A DNA stretch of 64,000 bases. Source: Paraspadella gotoi (taxonomy: Eukaryota; Animalia; Chaetognatha). The notes under the pieces were generated by a model. That model did not search any database. It was not told where the DNA came from and worked only from the letters and a program-made list of their open reading frames with translations. Both the position numbers and the translations under genes were made by a program. This document shows, piece by piece, positions 52,236-64,000 of the stretch. Positions within the stretch are counted from its first letter, which is position 1, and every line of letters starts with the position of its first letter. Location of the stretch: contig CM119268.1 in assembly GCA_051294375.1 (NCBI GenBank), forward strand, positions 45,437 through 109,436, written 5' to 3'.

Positions 52236-55051
52236 GCTCTCTCATCTCTCTCTCTCTCTGTCTCTCTCTCCTCTCTTCTCACGTCTCTCTCTCTCTCTGT
52301 CTCTCTGTATAAAACAGAAAAAGACAAACAAAACAAAACGAAAAATCTCTGTCGCTTCTTTTTTTTTCATTTCAACGACCGAAAAACAGAGAGACATCTT
52401 TCTCCTCTTCTTTTTACTTTTCTTTTACTTTTCTTTTTACTTTTTTTACTTTTCTTTTACTCTCTTTTTACTTTTCTTTTACTCTTCTTTTTACTTTTCT
52501 TTTAATCTTCTTTTTACTTTTATTTTACTCTTCTTTTACTCTTATTTTACTCTTCGTTTTACTTTCTTTTACTTTTCTTTTATCATTCTTTTTTACTCTT
52601 CTTTTATTTTTCTTTTTACTCTTCTTTTTACTTTTCTTTTACTCTCTTCTTACTCTTCTTTTTTACTTTTCTTTTACTCTTCTTTACTTTCTTTTTACTT
52701 TTCTTTTACTCTTCTTTTTACTTTTTTTTCTTTTTACTTTTTTTTTTCTTCTACTCTTCTTTTTATTTTTCTTTTACTTTTCTTTTACTCTTTTTTTATT
52801 TTTCTTTTTTCTTCCTTATTTTCCTTTTACTCTTCTTCTTGTTTTTTACTTTTTTACTTTTTTTGCTCTTCTTTTTACCTTTTCTTTTATCTTCTTTTTC
52901 TACTTCTTTTTATTTTCTTTTACTTCTTTTTTTATTTTACCTTTTCTTTTTACTTTCTTTTACTCTTCTTTTTTTTACTCTTCTTTTCTTAACTGTCTTT
53001 TTACTTTTTTTTCTATTTTTATTTTTACTCTTCTTTTTACTTTTCTTTTCTTTACTCNNNNNNNNNNNNNNNNNNNNNNNNNACAGCCACATATATTTTG
53101 TCAAACAGCATCAAGAAGATTGTAGTGTGGATAGATTTAAATATATTTATTGTTTAAACCATTAAGTCAGTAATAATTTCCGAGCTTAAATAGCAATAAC
53201 GTATCAATAATAAATGAAGGCTTCATTGGACTCATGGCTCTTATTGAATTTGGGATGGTAGATATTGTGGAACTTAATTGTCATTGTCGTCGTTATCGTA
53301 CTCGCGGAGCAACTCTATAAGTCACTTTTCAGTCGTCGCTCAGTCCGTGGGCGGTCGGTGGAAAAAATATCATATTTTGTTTTTTTGTGTCCGCGAGTCA
53401 AAATATGCGTTCGTTTAATCCGTCGAAAATGTTTCTACAAGAGTTAGGCCGAAGATTTAAGAAGAAAAAGTCGTATTTAATATTAACTTTTTATTTCATT
53501 ATCATAAATCCAGCCGGAAAAACTCATAAAAACTGAGTTTCCTCCGGGCGAAACAAATTTAGGAGATTAACGAAACTAAAGTCGAAAACGATTTTCTCTG
53601 CGGAATACGAACCCGCAAAAAATAGTTGAGCCCACTATGAAAAACTGGCCGAGAAAAGTTAAGAGAGAACAGTGGCGAGCGTGGTAACATATTTTACAAA
53701 CGGGTCCGTTATCACTACATTGTAAAATTCATATGAATTTGCTCATTTGGTTAAGACAGAAAAAACATCAAATCTAAGGGACTGCCTCGCGCCGCCTTCC
53801 AGGAATCGCTAAACTATAAAGATAAAAGAAAGAATTTGATACAGTTTAAGTGGTCATTTAAATACACGGGCTAAAAAATGGGTTTTTTTAGTCATGTCAT
53901 GTCATGTCATGTTATGTCATGCGGCGCTACACATTGGATGAACCGATGTTGTTTTTCTTTAATTTTGTTTATTATAACTTTTCTTTGTTTATCCTTTTTC
54001 CTCTTTCAACTTAGACAACATATCCCTTTCCTTCTTTCCTTCCCTCCCTTTCCTTCTTTCCTCCCCTCCCTTTCCTTCTTTCCTCCCCTCCTTTTTCTTC
54101 TTTCCTCTCTTCCCTTTCCTTTTTTTCATTTCCTTTCTTATCTTGCTCCTTTCTCACTCTACCTCTCTACCTGTTTTTCCCCCCCTCCTCTTCTCCCTCT
54201 CTTTTCTCTCTCTCTATTCCCCCTCTTTCTCTTCCTCCCTTTTTTCCTCTCTCTTCTCCTCCCAAAAAAACCTTTATTGCCGACAACAGATGTTTTCCCT
54301 AATTAGAGCCAAATATTTTTTAGAGGCTCAAAAAAATATAGGGCGTGATAATTGGTTGTCAGTTTCCTTTATTAGTTTTTTGTTTCTATATTTTATGCGA
54401 TCGTTGTTTCTGTCGCTGTTGTTAATGTTGTTTGTTGAGAAGAGGTTGAATATCTTCCCTTATAATTAAGTTGTCACAAAGTGTTAGAGATAATGTTAAA
54501 TGTTAAAAGTTAAAAACCGAGTCATTTTAAAGAAAAAATAACATTTTATTGAACAAGTTTACATAGTGGAGGTTGGAATTTTTAGTAGGAAAAGAATTCG
54601 AGATCAAGTGAAAATTGAAAGCGAGTTTATTTCGGTAATGTCATCGAGTGAATAAAATTACAATGACTTGATCAATTGAACTACTTTGTCATTAATCAAA
54701 GAATTTGTCTTCTGTCATTAATCAAAGAATTCGAATGAAGGAATAAAATTTTATGCCGCTAATATTATTTAATAATATTATTTACATTTTTTTAATTCCA
54801 AAAAAAATTTCCGCTTCGATCTTCACTGCATAATTTTTTAAATATTTTTTAATTGTTTACAAACAAACAAGAACAAATGTGAAAGGAGCTTTAAAAAAAA
54901 AGAAAAAAAAAAGAAAAAAATGTTACGGTGCCGAAAACATCTGCTGGGTTAAAAAAAAAGAAAAAAAATAAGGCTGGAATTTAGGGTTTTTTTGTTTAAA
55001 GTTTTTCGATAAAAAATGGAAGAAAGAATGAGAAAGAGATAGTGAAAAAAT

Positions 55052-55107
<56 letters not shown>

Positions 55108-55142
55108 CGCATGGAATGAAAACAAGAACGGTAATTCAAATG

Positions 55143-55452
55143 TGTTGCGCCGCAGTGAGTGCCATATCATTATTATTTATCATGACATAACGTGTCATGA
55201 CATGACATGACATGACTACATGACTACAATAGCCCTTGTATTTGCATCAAAATTCCGTCTTTTATTCTTTTAGTTTTAGGATTTCCTGAGGTTTTTTCTG
55301 TCTTAACAAAAGAGTAACCAATTATATGGAAATCATAAGCATTTTTAACGTAAGTGGAACAGACTGACAGACAGACATACCGACCGACAGACCGACCGAC
55401 CGAAAAGTGACTTATAGAGTTGCTCCGCGAGTATTCGCGGCGCAACTAAAAA
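55143..55452. mobile_element. Helentron/HINE-like non-autonomous repeat; related pieces at 61861-62220, 53297-53370, 53740-53930, 33216-33240, 33670-33790
   Basis: (CATGA)n and (GACC/GACA)n microsatellites, terminal palindrome AGTTGC-T-CCGCGAGT/ATTCGCGG-C-GCAACT followed by an A-run. Multiple dispersed copies in both orientations. Confidence 0.6.
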
Positions 55453-55778
55453 GGTTAAAACTTGATTAAGAAAAGTTCTCTAAAGACCCATTCAAGTTTT
55501 TTAATTCATTCTGGAAATTTAAATTCTTATAGAAAAAGGAAGAAGGGCAGACATGATAAGTGAAATAAGAAAGAAAAGTTGATAGGGAAAAAAATTGTGG
55601 TATCTAGAATAAATGATCATTGCAAAAAAGAAACGTTTATAATATACAGTATCATTTTTTTCGTTGTAACATTTCGTGACATAATAATTATGCAATCGTA
55701 ACCTCTAGAGAGTTTAATGATGGTTTTTTTTGCAATGCCCGATTACATATACAATTAAAACATTCTTTGAAATAATAT

Positions 55779-55936
55779 TCCATTTCATTGATAGGGAAAC
55801 CAGGTACTCTGGGATGAATAAACGAGACTGTGAGAGAATCTTGATTGAAAGAGTGTTGGAGGCAGTAGAATATAAACCACCAAAGCCTGCCAAAAGTCAG
55901 GGGCAAGATAGCTTATTTATTAAATGAATGGATAAA
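55779..55936. repeat. unclassified dispersed repeat (also 59259-59437; 3' piece 15167-15223)
   Basis: Shared CCATTTCATTGATA..GAACCAGGTAC...CCACCAAAG...GGGGCAAGATAGCTTATTTAT.AAATGAATGGATAA. Confidence 0.7.
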
Positions 55937-57114
55937 TTTTATATTGGTTGTACAAATTTTATCAAATTCAGCTCCTTGTATTCTCTTTCTACCTCCTTTC
56001 TCCTTCCTCTTCTTTTCTTTATTCTTTTTTCTTCCTCTTCTTTTCTTTCTTCCTCCTTTCTCCTTCTTATTCTTCTTTTCTTCCTCCTTTATCCTTCCTT
56101 AAATAATCTCCTCTTTCTCAATTCCTTTTCTTCCTCTCTCCCCTTCTCTCCCCACTCCTCTCTCCTCTCTCGTCTCTCTTCTCTCCTCTCTCGTCTCTCT
56201 TCTCTCTTCTCTCCACTCTTCTCTCTCCCCTCTCCTCTATTCCCTTTAACTCTCTCATCTCTCATCTTATCATCAATCACAAAAATCAAAGGAGAAGTTT
56301 TTCTCTTTCCTCTCAGGGAAGAGAGAGAGAGAGAGAGAGAGAGAGANNNNNNNNNNNNNNNNNNNNNNNNNNNNNNNNNNNNNNNNNNNNNNNNNNNNNN
56401 NNNNNNNNNNNNNNNNNNNNNNNNNNNNNNNNNNNNNNNNNNNNNNNNNNNNNNNNNNNNNNNNNNNNNNNNNNNNNNNNNNNNNNNNNNNNNNNNNNNN
56501 NNNNNNNNNNNNNNNNNNNNNNNNNNNNNNNNNNNNNNNNNNNNNNNNNNNNNNNNNNNNNNNNNNNNNNNNNNNNNNNNNNNNNNNNNNNNNNNNNNNN
56601 NNNNNNNNNNNNNNNNNNNNNNNNNNNNNNNNNNNNNNNNNNNNNNNNNNNNNNNNNNNNNNNNNNNNNNNNNNNNNNNNNNNNNNNNNNNNNNNNNNNN
56701 NNNNNNNNNNNNNNNNNNNNNNNNNNNNNNNNNNNNNNNNNNNNNNNNNNNNNNNNNNNNNNNNNNNNNNNNNNNNNNNNNNNNNNNNNNNNNNNNNNNN
56801 NNNNNNNNNNNNNNNNNNNNNNNNNNNNNNNNNNNNNNNNNNNNNNNNNNNNNNNNNNNNNNNNNNNNNNNNNNNNNNNNNNNNNNNNNNNNNNNNNNNN
56901 NNNNNNNNNNNNNNNNNNNNNNNNNNNNNNNNNNNNNNNNNNNNNNNNNNNNNNNNNNNNNNNNNNNNNNNNNNNNNNNNNNNNNNNNNNNNNNNNNNNN
57001 NNNNNNNNNNNNNNNNNNNNNNNNNNNNNNNNNNNTGCCAGTGAATGATTCAAAGGTTGAAAGACCGAAAGAGATGTAACCTTTTCCCCCGACGGGAGAA
57101 AGAGCGAGAGAAAC

Positions 57115-57147
<33 letters not shown>

Positions 57148-57311
57148 TAGACAGAGAGAGAGAGAGAGACAGAGAGATAGAGGAAGAGAGAATTGGTTTC
57201 CTTGAGAAAAGGAACTAAGAATTTGATTGGAAAATATGAACTCGTATGAAGTGAATTAGGAAAGAATCTCTCGCCGCCTTTTCCATTTTATAGTCTCATC
57301 CTCTACAGGTC

Positions 57312-57344
<33 letters not shown>

Positions 57345-57588
57345 NNNNNNNNNNNNNNNNNNNNNNNNNAGAGATGAGACAGAGAGATAGAGAAAGAGGA
57401 GAATTGGGGTTTCCCTTGAGAAAAGGATACAGAACTCTAAGGGAGAATTTGATTGGAGAAGGAAAATATGAACTGCGTATGAAGGAAGTGAATTAGGGGA
57501 AAACAAGAATCTCTCGCGCCCCCTTTTCCATTTTTAGTCTTCATCCTCTACAGGTCCTCTTTTCTCGTGCTCTCTCTCTCCGCTCTCT

Positions 57589-57625
<37 letters not shown>

Positions 57626-57948
57626 ATTTTTCTTACACTTTCTCTTATTTCCATCGCTAATTCTCTATTTCTTTCTTTATTTCTCTCAATGTCAGCCTCT
57701 CTCTCTTTCTAACCCTAACATTGCGTTCGCTCAAAAGCCTTTCTAAATAATTTACTAACATATTTTTAAAAAATAAGCTGACGCTTCGAAACATTAATTT
57801 ATTTTAAATAATAAAACCAAAACTAACTAATTCATTTCAACAGATACAAAAAAAAATATCCCCAAAAAATCAGGAAATGAATCTAATTCTGAATTGACTT
57901 CCATAAATTTTTATTCCCCTCCATTATATTAGGGGGCGCCTTACTTTT

Positions 57949-58016
<68 letters not shown>

Positions 58017-58455
58017 TCGCATCTATATTATAATTTATTGCTTTCTCACCAGAAAAACTTTTTGCTTTTTGCCACCAAAAAATCATATTTTTTTTGGAGT
58101 CTTAATTCCTTTTTGACTAAACTAAAAGTTTGAAATGTTTAAATAGCTAAATATGTATTGTAATGCTAAGACTCCATTGAAAAACTACACAAACGTGTAT
58201 ATTTTGTTTAAAAATAGTAAGCTTTTTTGCTACATGAATGAAAAAAATTATAATGCTTGAATTATACAAACCGAGTTTTATAAATATATGAAAACTTACT
58301 GACTTAAAAAGTACAATGCTGTTTTTAGTCGGNNNNNNNNNNACTTGTTTTTATATTTCCTAAATAATGTATATTTCTATCTATTTGAATCTTCTTATAT
58401 AACAAAAACTTAACCAATCTCTTTCTCTTTCTCTCTCTCTCTCTCCCACTCTCTC

Positions 58456-58525
<70 letters not shown>

Positions 58526-58788
58526 TTTCTCATCCTCCACCAATAAATATATTGAAATGTGGATTTTCTCTGGTCTGGTCAGAGGTGATATGGCATTCAG
58601 CCGTCGGGTGGCGGCGGCGACGGCGAGGGCCGGCGGCGGCGCCCGCTAGGGGATTTAATAAGAAGTTCCGAGGAAAGGCGCATCACCCTAAGAAGAGAGA
58701 AAAAAAACAAAAAAAGGAAAAAAAAGAGGAGAGAAAAGAAGAGCGAGAGGATGAGGGAGAGGAAAGGAGAGAAGAGAGAGATGCGAGA

Positions 58789-58827
<39 letters not shown>

Positions 58828-60865
58828 ATTTAATTTGATCAATATTATTTAAATCACAACCTGTTTGCTGATGACATTGGTGACATTGCCTCTGCCATCA
58901 TTAACGGCATTTCCGCTGCTATCATTGATGGCAATTCTGTTCCCATCACTTACAAAATTTATGTTGCCATCACTAATGCGTTTCCACTGCCTTCAATGAT
59001 GGAATTTCTACTGACATCAGAAATGGCATCGTTGACTGCATCTTCGATTGATTTCCTGATGTTTCCAACTTAATCAACCGAATTTTATTAGTTTTCTTCT
59101 TTTTTTTGCCTAAAAGAAAAAGAGAAAAGAAAAAACAAATTTTGGGTGGAATTTTCTTTTCGGTCGATTTAGTTGAAGAAGAAGAATAAGTTGAAGAAGA
59201 AAAAGTCAACTTAGTTTTTGGATATATATATATATATATTATATTTTGAAATATTATACCATTTCATTGATAAGGGAACCAGGTACATTAGATGTGAATA
59301 AACGATACAGTAAGAGAGTCTTGATTGAAAGCTTTCAGGGACTTGCTTGAAAGCTTGCTATGTCATTATCTTGTAAGAGCCACCAAAGTTTGTCCAAAGT
59401 CGGGGGCAAGATAGCTTATTTATAAAATGAATGGATAATTATAATAATTTCAGTCATGTGCAAAAAAAGGGGCCACTTTATTCCCGCCTTTAAAAAACAC
59501 CCTATATACTTTCTTAAATTTAAAATAAAATTAATGTTTATTAAAAAAATTAAAAATTTGATGTTTTAGATGCAAATTTTTTATTGTTTAAACGAAAGAA
59601 ATTACACTTTGCCTACCAAAATTTGATATAAATTTTATAGAACTCTGGCTATCCATTTGGGAGCAATGATTTTCTTTTAATAAAGTTTTCCAGAGCAAAG
59701 TTAAATATAATAAAAATGTTTCATTCAAAACTAAACTTTTTTCTTCTATTTTTTTTCATTTCATATAATAGAATAAGAATTGAAAACAAAATTAGACAAC
59801 CGGAGGGATAGCGGAAAACTGGTTTGACTCAGATCCATAAATATTAAGTTTGAAGTTATTAAAAAATAATCTGAATGACAGGTCAATATTTCTAAAGCCT
59901 TTGAATAAAATGTGATCTTCTCTTCATATTTTGGAAGACTTAAGTTTGAAAAACCAAATCTCCTAAAACACTTAAGAGGAAGGGTCATTCACCATAACAA
60001 TGCGTAATCATTGATGTATAAGAGCTAATACATCGAGAAATACATTATAGTCATCAGTAATCACCAAAAAATAAGTTTATATTTATATATAAACATTCTG
60101 TTTTTAATATTTTTTTTTAAATCGGTAAATAACAAAATTGTCAAGTTAAATCGGTAAGCATATTTTTTAAATATTTGGTTTTTAATCTGGTTGTTAAAAA
60201 AATTCTAGATAAGAAGTTAAAATACGGTAAAGGGAAATTTATAATGGGAGAATTAAACAATTAATCTTGTTACTCTGTTGGTTTTCCAGTCATGAACAAA
60301 TTCTTCAGTTAATTAGATGGTAAAGAAATTCGAGCTACATTAAATCTACACTAAATTTTAAGAGTTGCAGCCTAAACGACTACAATAATATCGATTTAAA
60401 AATTTGATTAGAAATCTTAAAAACATTTTTAAAAATGTAATAGAAAGACATTTTAATCAATGAGTTCCAGTTAAGAATAATTCAGGGTTAAAGTTTAAAA
60501 ACGTTTCATTTTCAAGAATACAAGTTGAAATTTAAAAATGTCTCTCTATTAAATTTTTCGAATTTACTAATAAAAAATTCATAAAAAATATCAGATGGAT
60601 TTACTTTTTCGTTTGACCTGCAACTCTTCAGATAGGTTTCTTTTATTTTATATTATAATTTTTGAATTTTGGCCTATTTTGAAGTTTATTGTAATGACCC
60701 TTTTTCTTAACTGATTGTAATAAAATTTATACAAATAAATTTATTTAAAAAAAAACATATTTTTCTAAAAAAAATTTTAAAATATTCTTGTGTCCAGAAT
60801 TTAAAGTTTTTTTCCCCTTCACTCATACTATCTTTATCTCTTTAACTTTTTCATTCTCTCACTCT

Positions 60866-60928
<63 letters not shown>

Positions 60929-61123
60929 TCAATCTTTCACTCGCTTTGTCGCCTTCCCTCTCTCTCTCCCCATCTCGCTCTCTATCTCTCTTCAGAAGAA
61001 CGAGCGCAAAGAGAGAACGTAGCCAACATAAGAGCGACAATAAAAATGCTGAGGCAGGATCTTCTCAAAAGCCTTTTTAACAGTGAAAACCAATGATATC
61101 TCTCTCTCTATCCTTCTCTCTTT

Positions 61124-61159
<36 letters not shown>

Positions 61160-61255
61160 TTTTTCTTTCTTTCTTTTTTTTTCTTTCTCTCTTCTCTTTC
61201 CTTCTCTCTTTGCCAACTTTATTTTCTTAATTTCTTTCTTACTTACTTCTTTTTT

Positions 61256-61322
<67 letters not shown>

Positions 61323-61335
61323 CTCTTTCTTTCTC

Positions 61336-61375
<40 letters not shown>

Positions 61376-61607
61376 TAGTTCTTTCTTTATTTCTTTCTTT
61401 CTTTCATTCTCTCACGTCTTAGCCAATTACATCCCTCCAACATACTGCGAAGGGATGTAATTGAAAAGAACGCACGGATGATCGCTTCATTCAACGCGTC
61501 TCAAGGGAGACGTCAGCAGACGTTGGACTGAAATTGTCAACGACGACGATGATGACAACGCTGATGATGATGGCGATGATGATGATGACGATTATGATGG
61601 TGATGAC

Positions 61608-61640
<33 letters not shown>

Positions 61641-61773
61641 GATGATGACGATTACGATAATGATGATTACAACAAGAAAGATGATGACGACGATAATGAC
61701 GACATTAATGACGACAAAGATTACGATGATGACGACAACGAAGATGACGACAACGACAATGACAAAAAAGATT

Positions 61774-61818
<45 letters not shown>

Positions 61819-62940
61819 TTAATACTAAAGATAAGTTACCAAGAATAATAATTTAAACGTTTTGCGCCGCAGTGACTGCCTTATCACGTGTATTTTGCGT
61901 GAATTGACATGACATGACGTGACATGACATGACTACATGATTACAACAACTTTCTCAGCCTGTGACAGGCACTGCATCTGAATTCCGTCTTTTATTCTTT
62001 ATAGTTTTAGGATTTCCTGAAGGCGTCGCTAGCAGTCACTTAGATTTGAAGTTTTTTCCCTTCTTACAAATGAGCAACCAATTATATGTAAGTTATGAGC
62101 ATTTTTAAGGAACAGACCGACTGAGAGAGAGACCGACAAACCGACCGTTCGACCGACCGATAGACCGACCGAAAAAGTTACTTATAGAGTAGCTTCGCGT
62201 GTACTCGTGGCGCAAATAAAGAGTTGACAATGAAAAAGTTTTAAATGACAGAAAAACGTTTGTGATAAAGATGATTTTTAATGACATGACATGACATGAC
62301 AATTACGTGGGGCAAAATAACAAATGAATAATGACGTCTCAATGTGACGAGGATGACTAAGACAACCACGACGATGAGAAAGGTGACGAAAACGACGAAG
62401 ACAAAGATGACAACAAAAACGACGATGACAACAACAACAACGACCACGACGATGACAACAACAACAACGCCCACGACGATGACAAAGTTATCGGAGACGC
62501 CAAAATCCCCGGCCGAGGAGGCGTGGCAAGCTTCGACTCCTTACAATGCGAGGAATGAATTCTATTGAAGCAGAACCGTTAAAAACGACGACGATTATGA
62601 CGACGACGACGACGACGAAGAAAGAGGCTTCGTTGTTATTCGAGGGAGAGAAAGACGGACAAATGGACAGAGGGAGAGAATGACAAAAGGGGCGAAAGGC
62701 AAAGAGACGGACGGATCCACTGATTTTGTTGGATTTCAGAATTTGTGGTTAGAACTAAGAAGGGAGGCAGATGAGAGAGAGAGAGAGAGANNNNNNNNNN
62801 NNNNNNNNNNNNNNNCAGAAAGAGAGTGAGAGAGAGGAGGAGGAGAGAGAAGATAGACGACAAGATCATGTGCTGACATGAAGCGTACGGATCGGATTTC
62901 AACGACGGGAGGAGCCGGGTAGGACTAGATAGGAGAGCTG

Positions 62941-62976
<36 letters not shown>

Positions 62977-63007
62977 AGAGAGAGAAAGAACAGAGAGGAA
63001 GAAGAGA

Positions 63008-63053
<46 letters not shown>

Positions 63054-63094
63054 GAGAGAGTGAGAGAGAGAGAGAGAGAAGAAAGGAAAACAAG

Positions 63095-63126
<32 letters not shown>

Positions 63127-64000
63127 AGAAAGAAAGAGAGAGAGATAGAAAGAGGGAAAAAAAAAAAAAGAGAGAGAAGAGAGAGAGAGAAGAGAGAGAG
63201 GTAAAAAAAAGTTAAATTAAAAAGAAAAATTAGAAAATAGAAAAAATGGTTGAATGAGTAAAAGTAAAAAGCTTCATTTAAAAAAGTTTGATGAATATTT
63301 ATATTATAAATTCTTAGCAGACGATGATAGCAACGATGATAATAACGACGACGAAGAGGACGACGATGACGACGACGATTACGACGACGACGACTACGAC
63401 GACGATTATGAAGACGACGACGATTAAGACGACGACGACGATGACAACGACGACGACGATTACGACGACGACGAATACGACGACGAATGACGACGACGAT
63501 GATCGATGATTGACGGACGACGACGACGATTACGGCGACCAAGACGGATGATGATGAGATGACGACGACAACGACGACCGACGATTATGACGACGATTAC
63601 GACGACGATGACGATGATGGACGACGACGACGACGATTACGGCGACCAAGACGATGATGATGACCGATGTACCGACGACAATTACGAATGACCTAGTAAC
63701 TGATAGTAGTCTGTAGCAAATAAAAGTGTATGTGGATGTAAAAGGCAGTTAATCAATCCGAAAATTTATCTGATCAAGACATCCATTGGCGTGAACACTG
63801 GAACCCAGGCTAAAACGCGATTCATCTATAGCACCTGAGCCAGGACAACACACAGACTTCTAAACTTTAAAAAAGAGATGCGAATAAAAACGTTTTAAAA
63901 ATACCACCGGCAGACGACATTCCAAACAAGGAATTAAAAAACTTTTTAAAAAACAAAAGAGAAAAACGCCTTTTCCAGGATGATGTGTCGTTTAAAAAGA

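Larger units (their letters stand above)
37730..53057. repeat. duplication 37730-45300 vs 48752-53057 (second copy noisy, lacks the LTR element)
   Basis: Colinear from ATTTACTAATTTGAAAC through the telomere-like array, (GAC/GAT)n tract, mariner MITE and TTTTAC minisatellite. Confidence 0.88.

Overview
Eukaryotic (probably invertebrate animal; not determinable) AT-rich draft-assembly sequence. It is dominated by (GA)n, (GAC/GAT)n and (AAAG)n microsatellites, N-gaps and large near-duplicated blocks, where one copy carries indel-rich long-read-type noise. I can support no intact protein-coding gene; nearly all listed ORFs are microsatellite or gap translations. The real content is mobile elements: an internally deleted Ty3/Gypsy LTR element (38137-41536) absent from the duplicate block, a Tc1/mariner-type MITE, a polymorphic 639-bp insertion, Helentron/HINE-like repeats, a LINE ORF2 remnant and a Penelope-type inverted repeat with a minimal hammerhead. 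The main discovery is two divergent families of short elements in which a tRNA-derived Pol III head is followed closely by a circularly permuted (type-P5) twister-ribozyme-like motif, with compensatory changes in P3, P4, P5 and the T1 pseudoknot. Family B has TGT...ACA ends and 4-bp TSDs, so it looks like solo LTRs of a Helenus-type TRIM carrying a twister ribozyme, a candidate 'twister LTR-retrozyme'. All structures were read by eye; no folding, covariance-model or database search was run.
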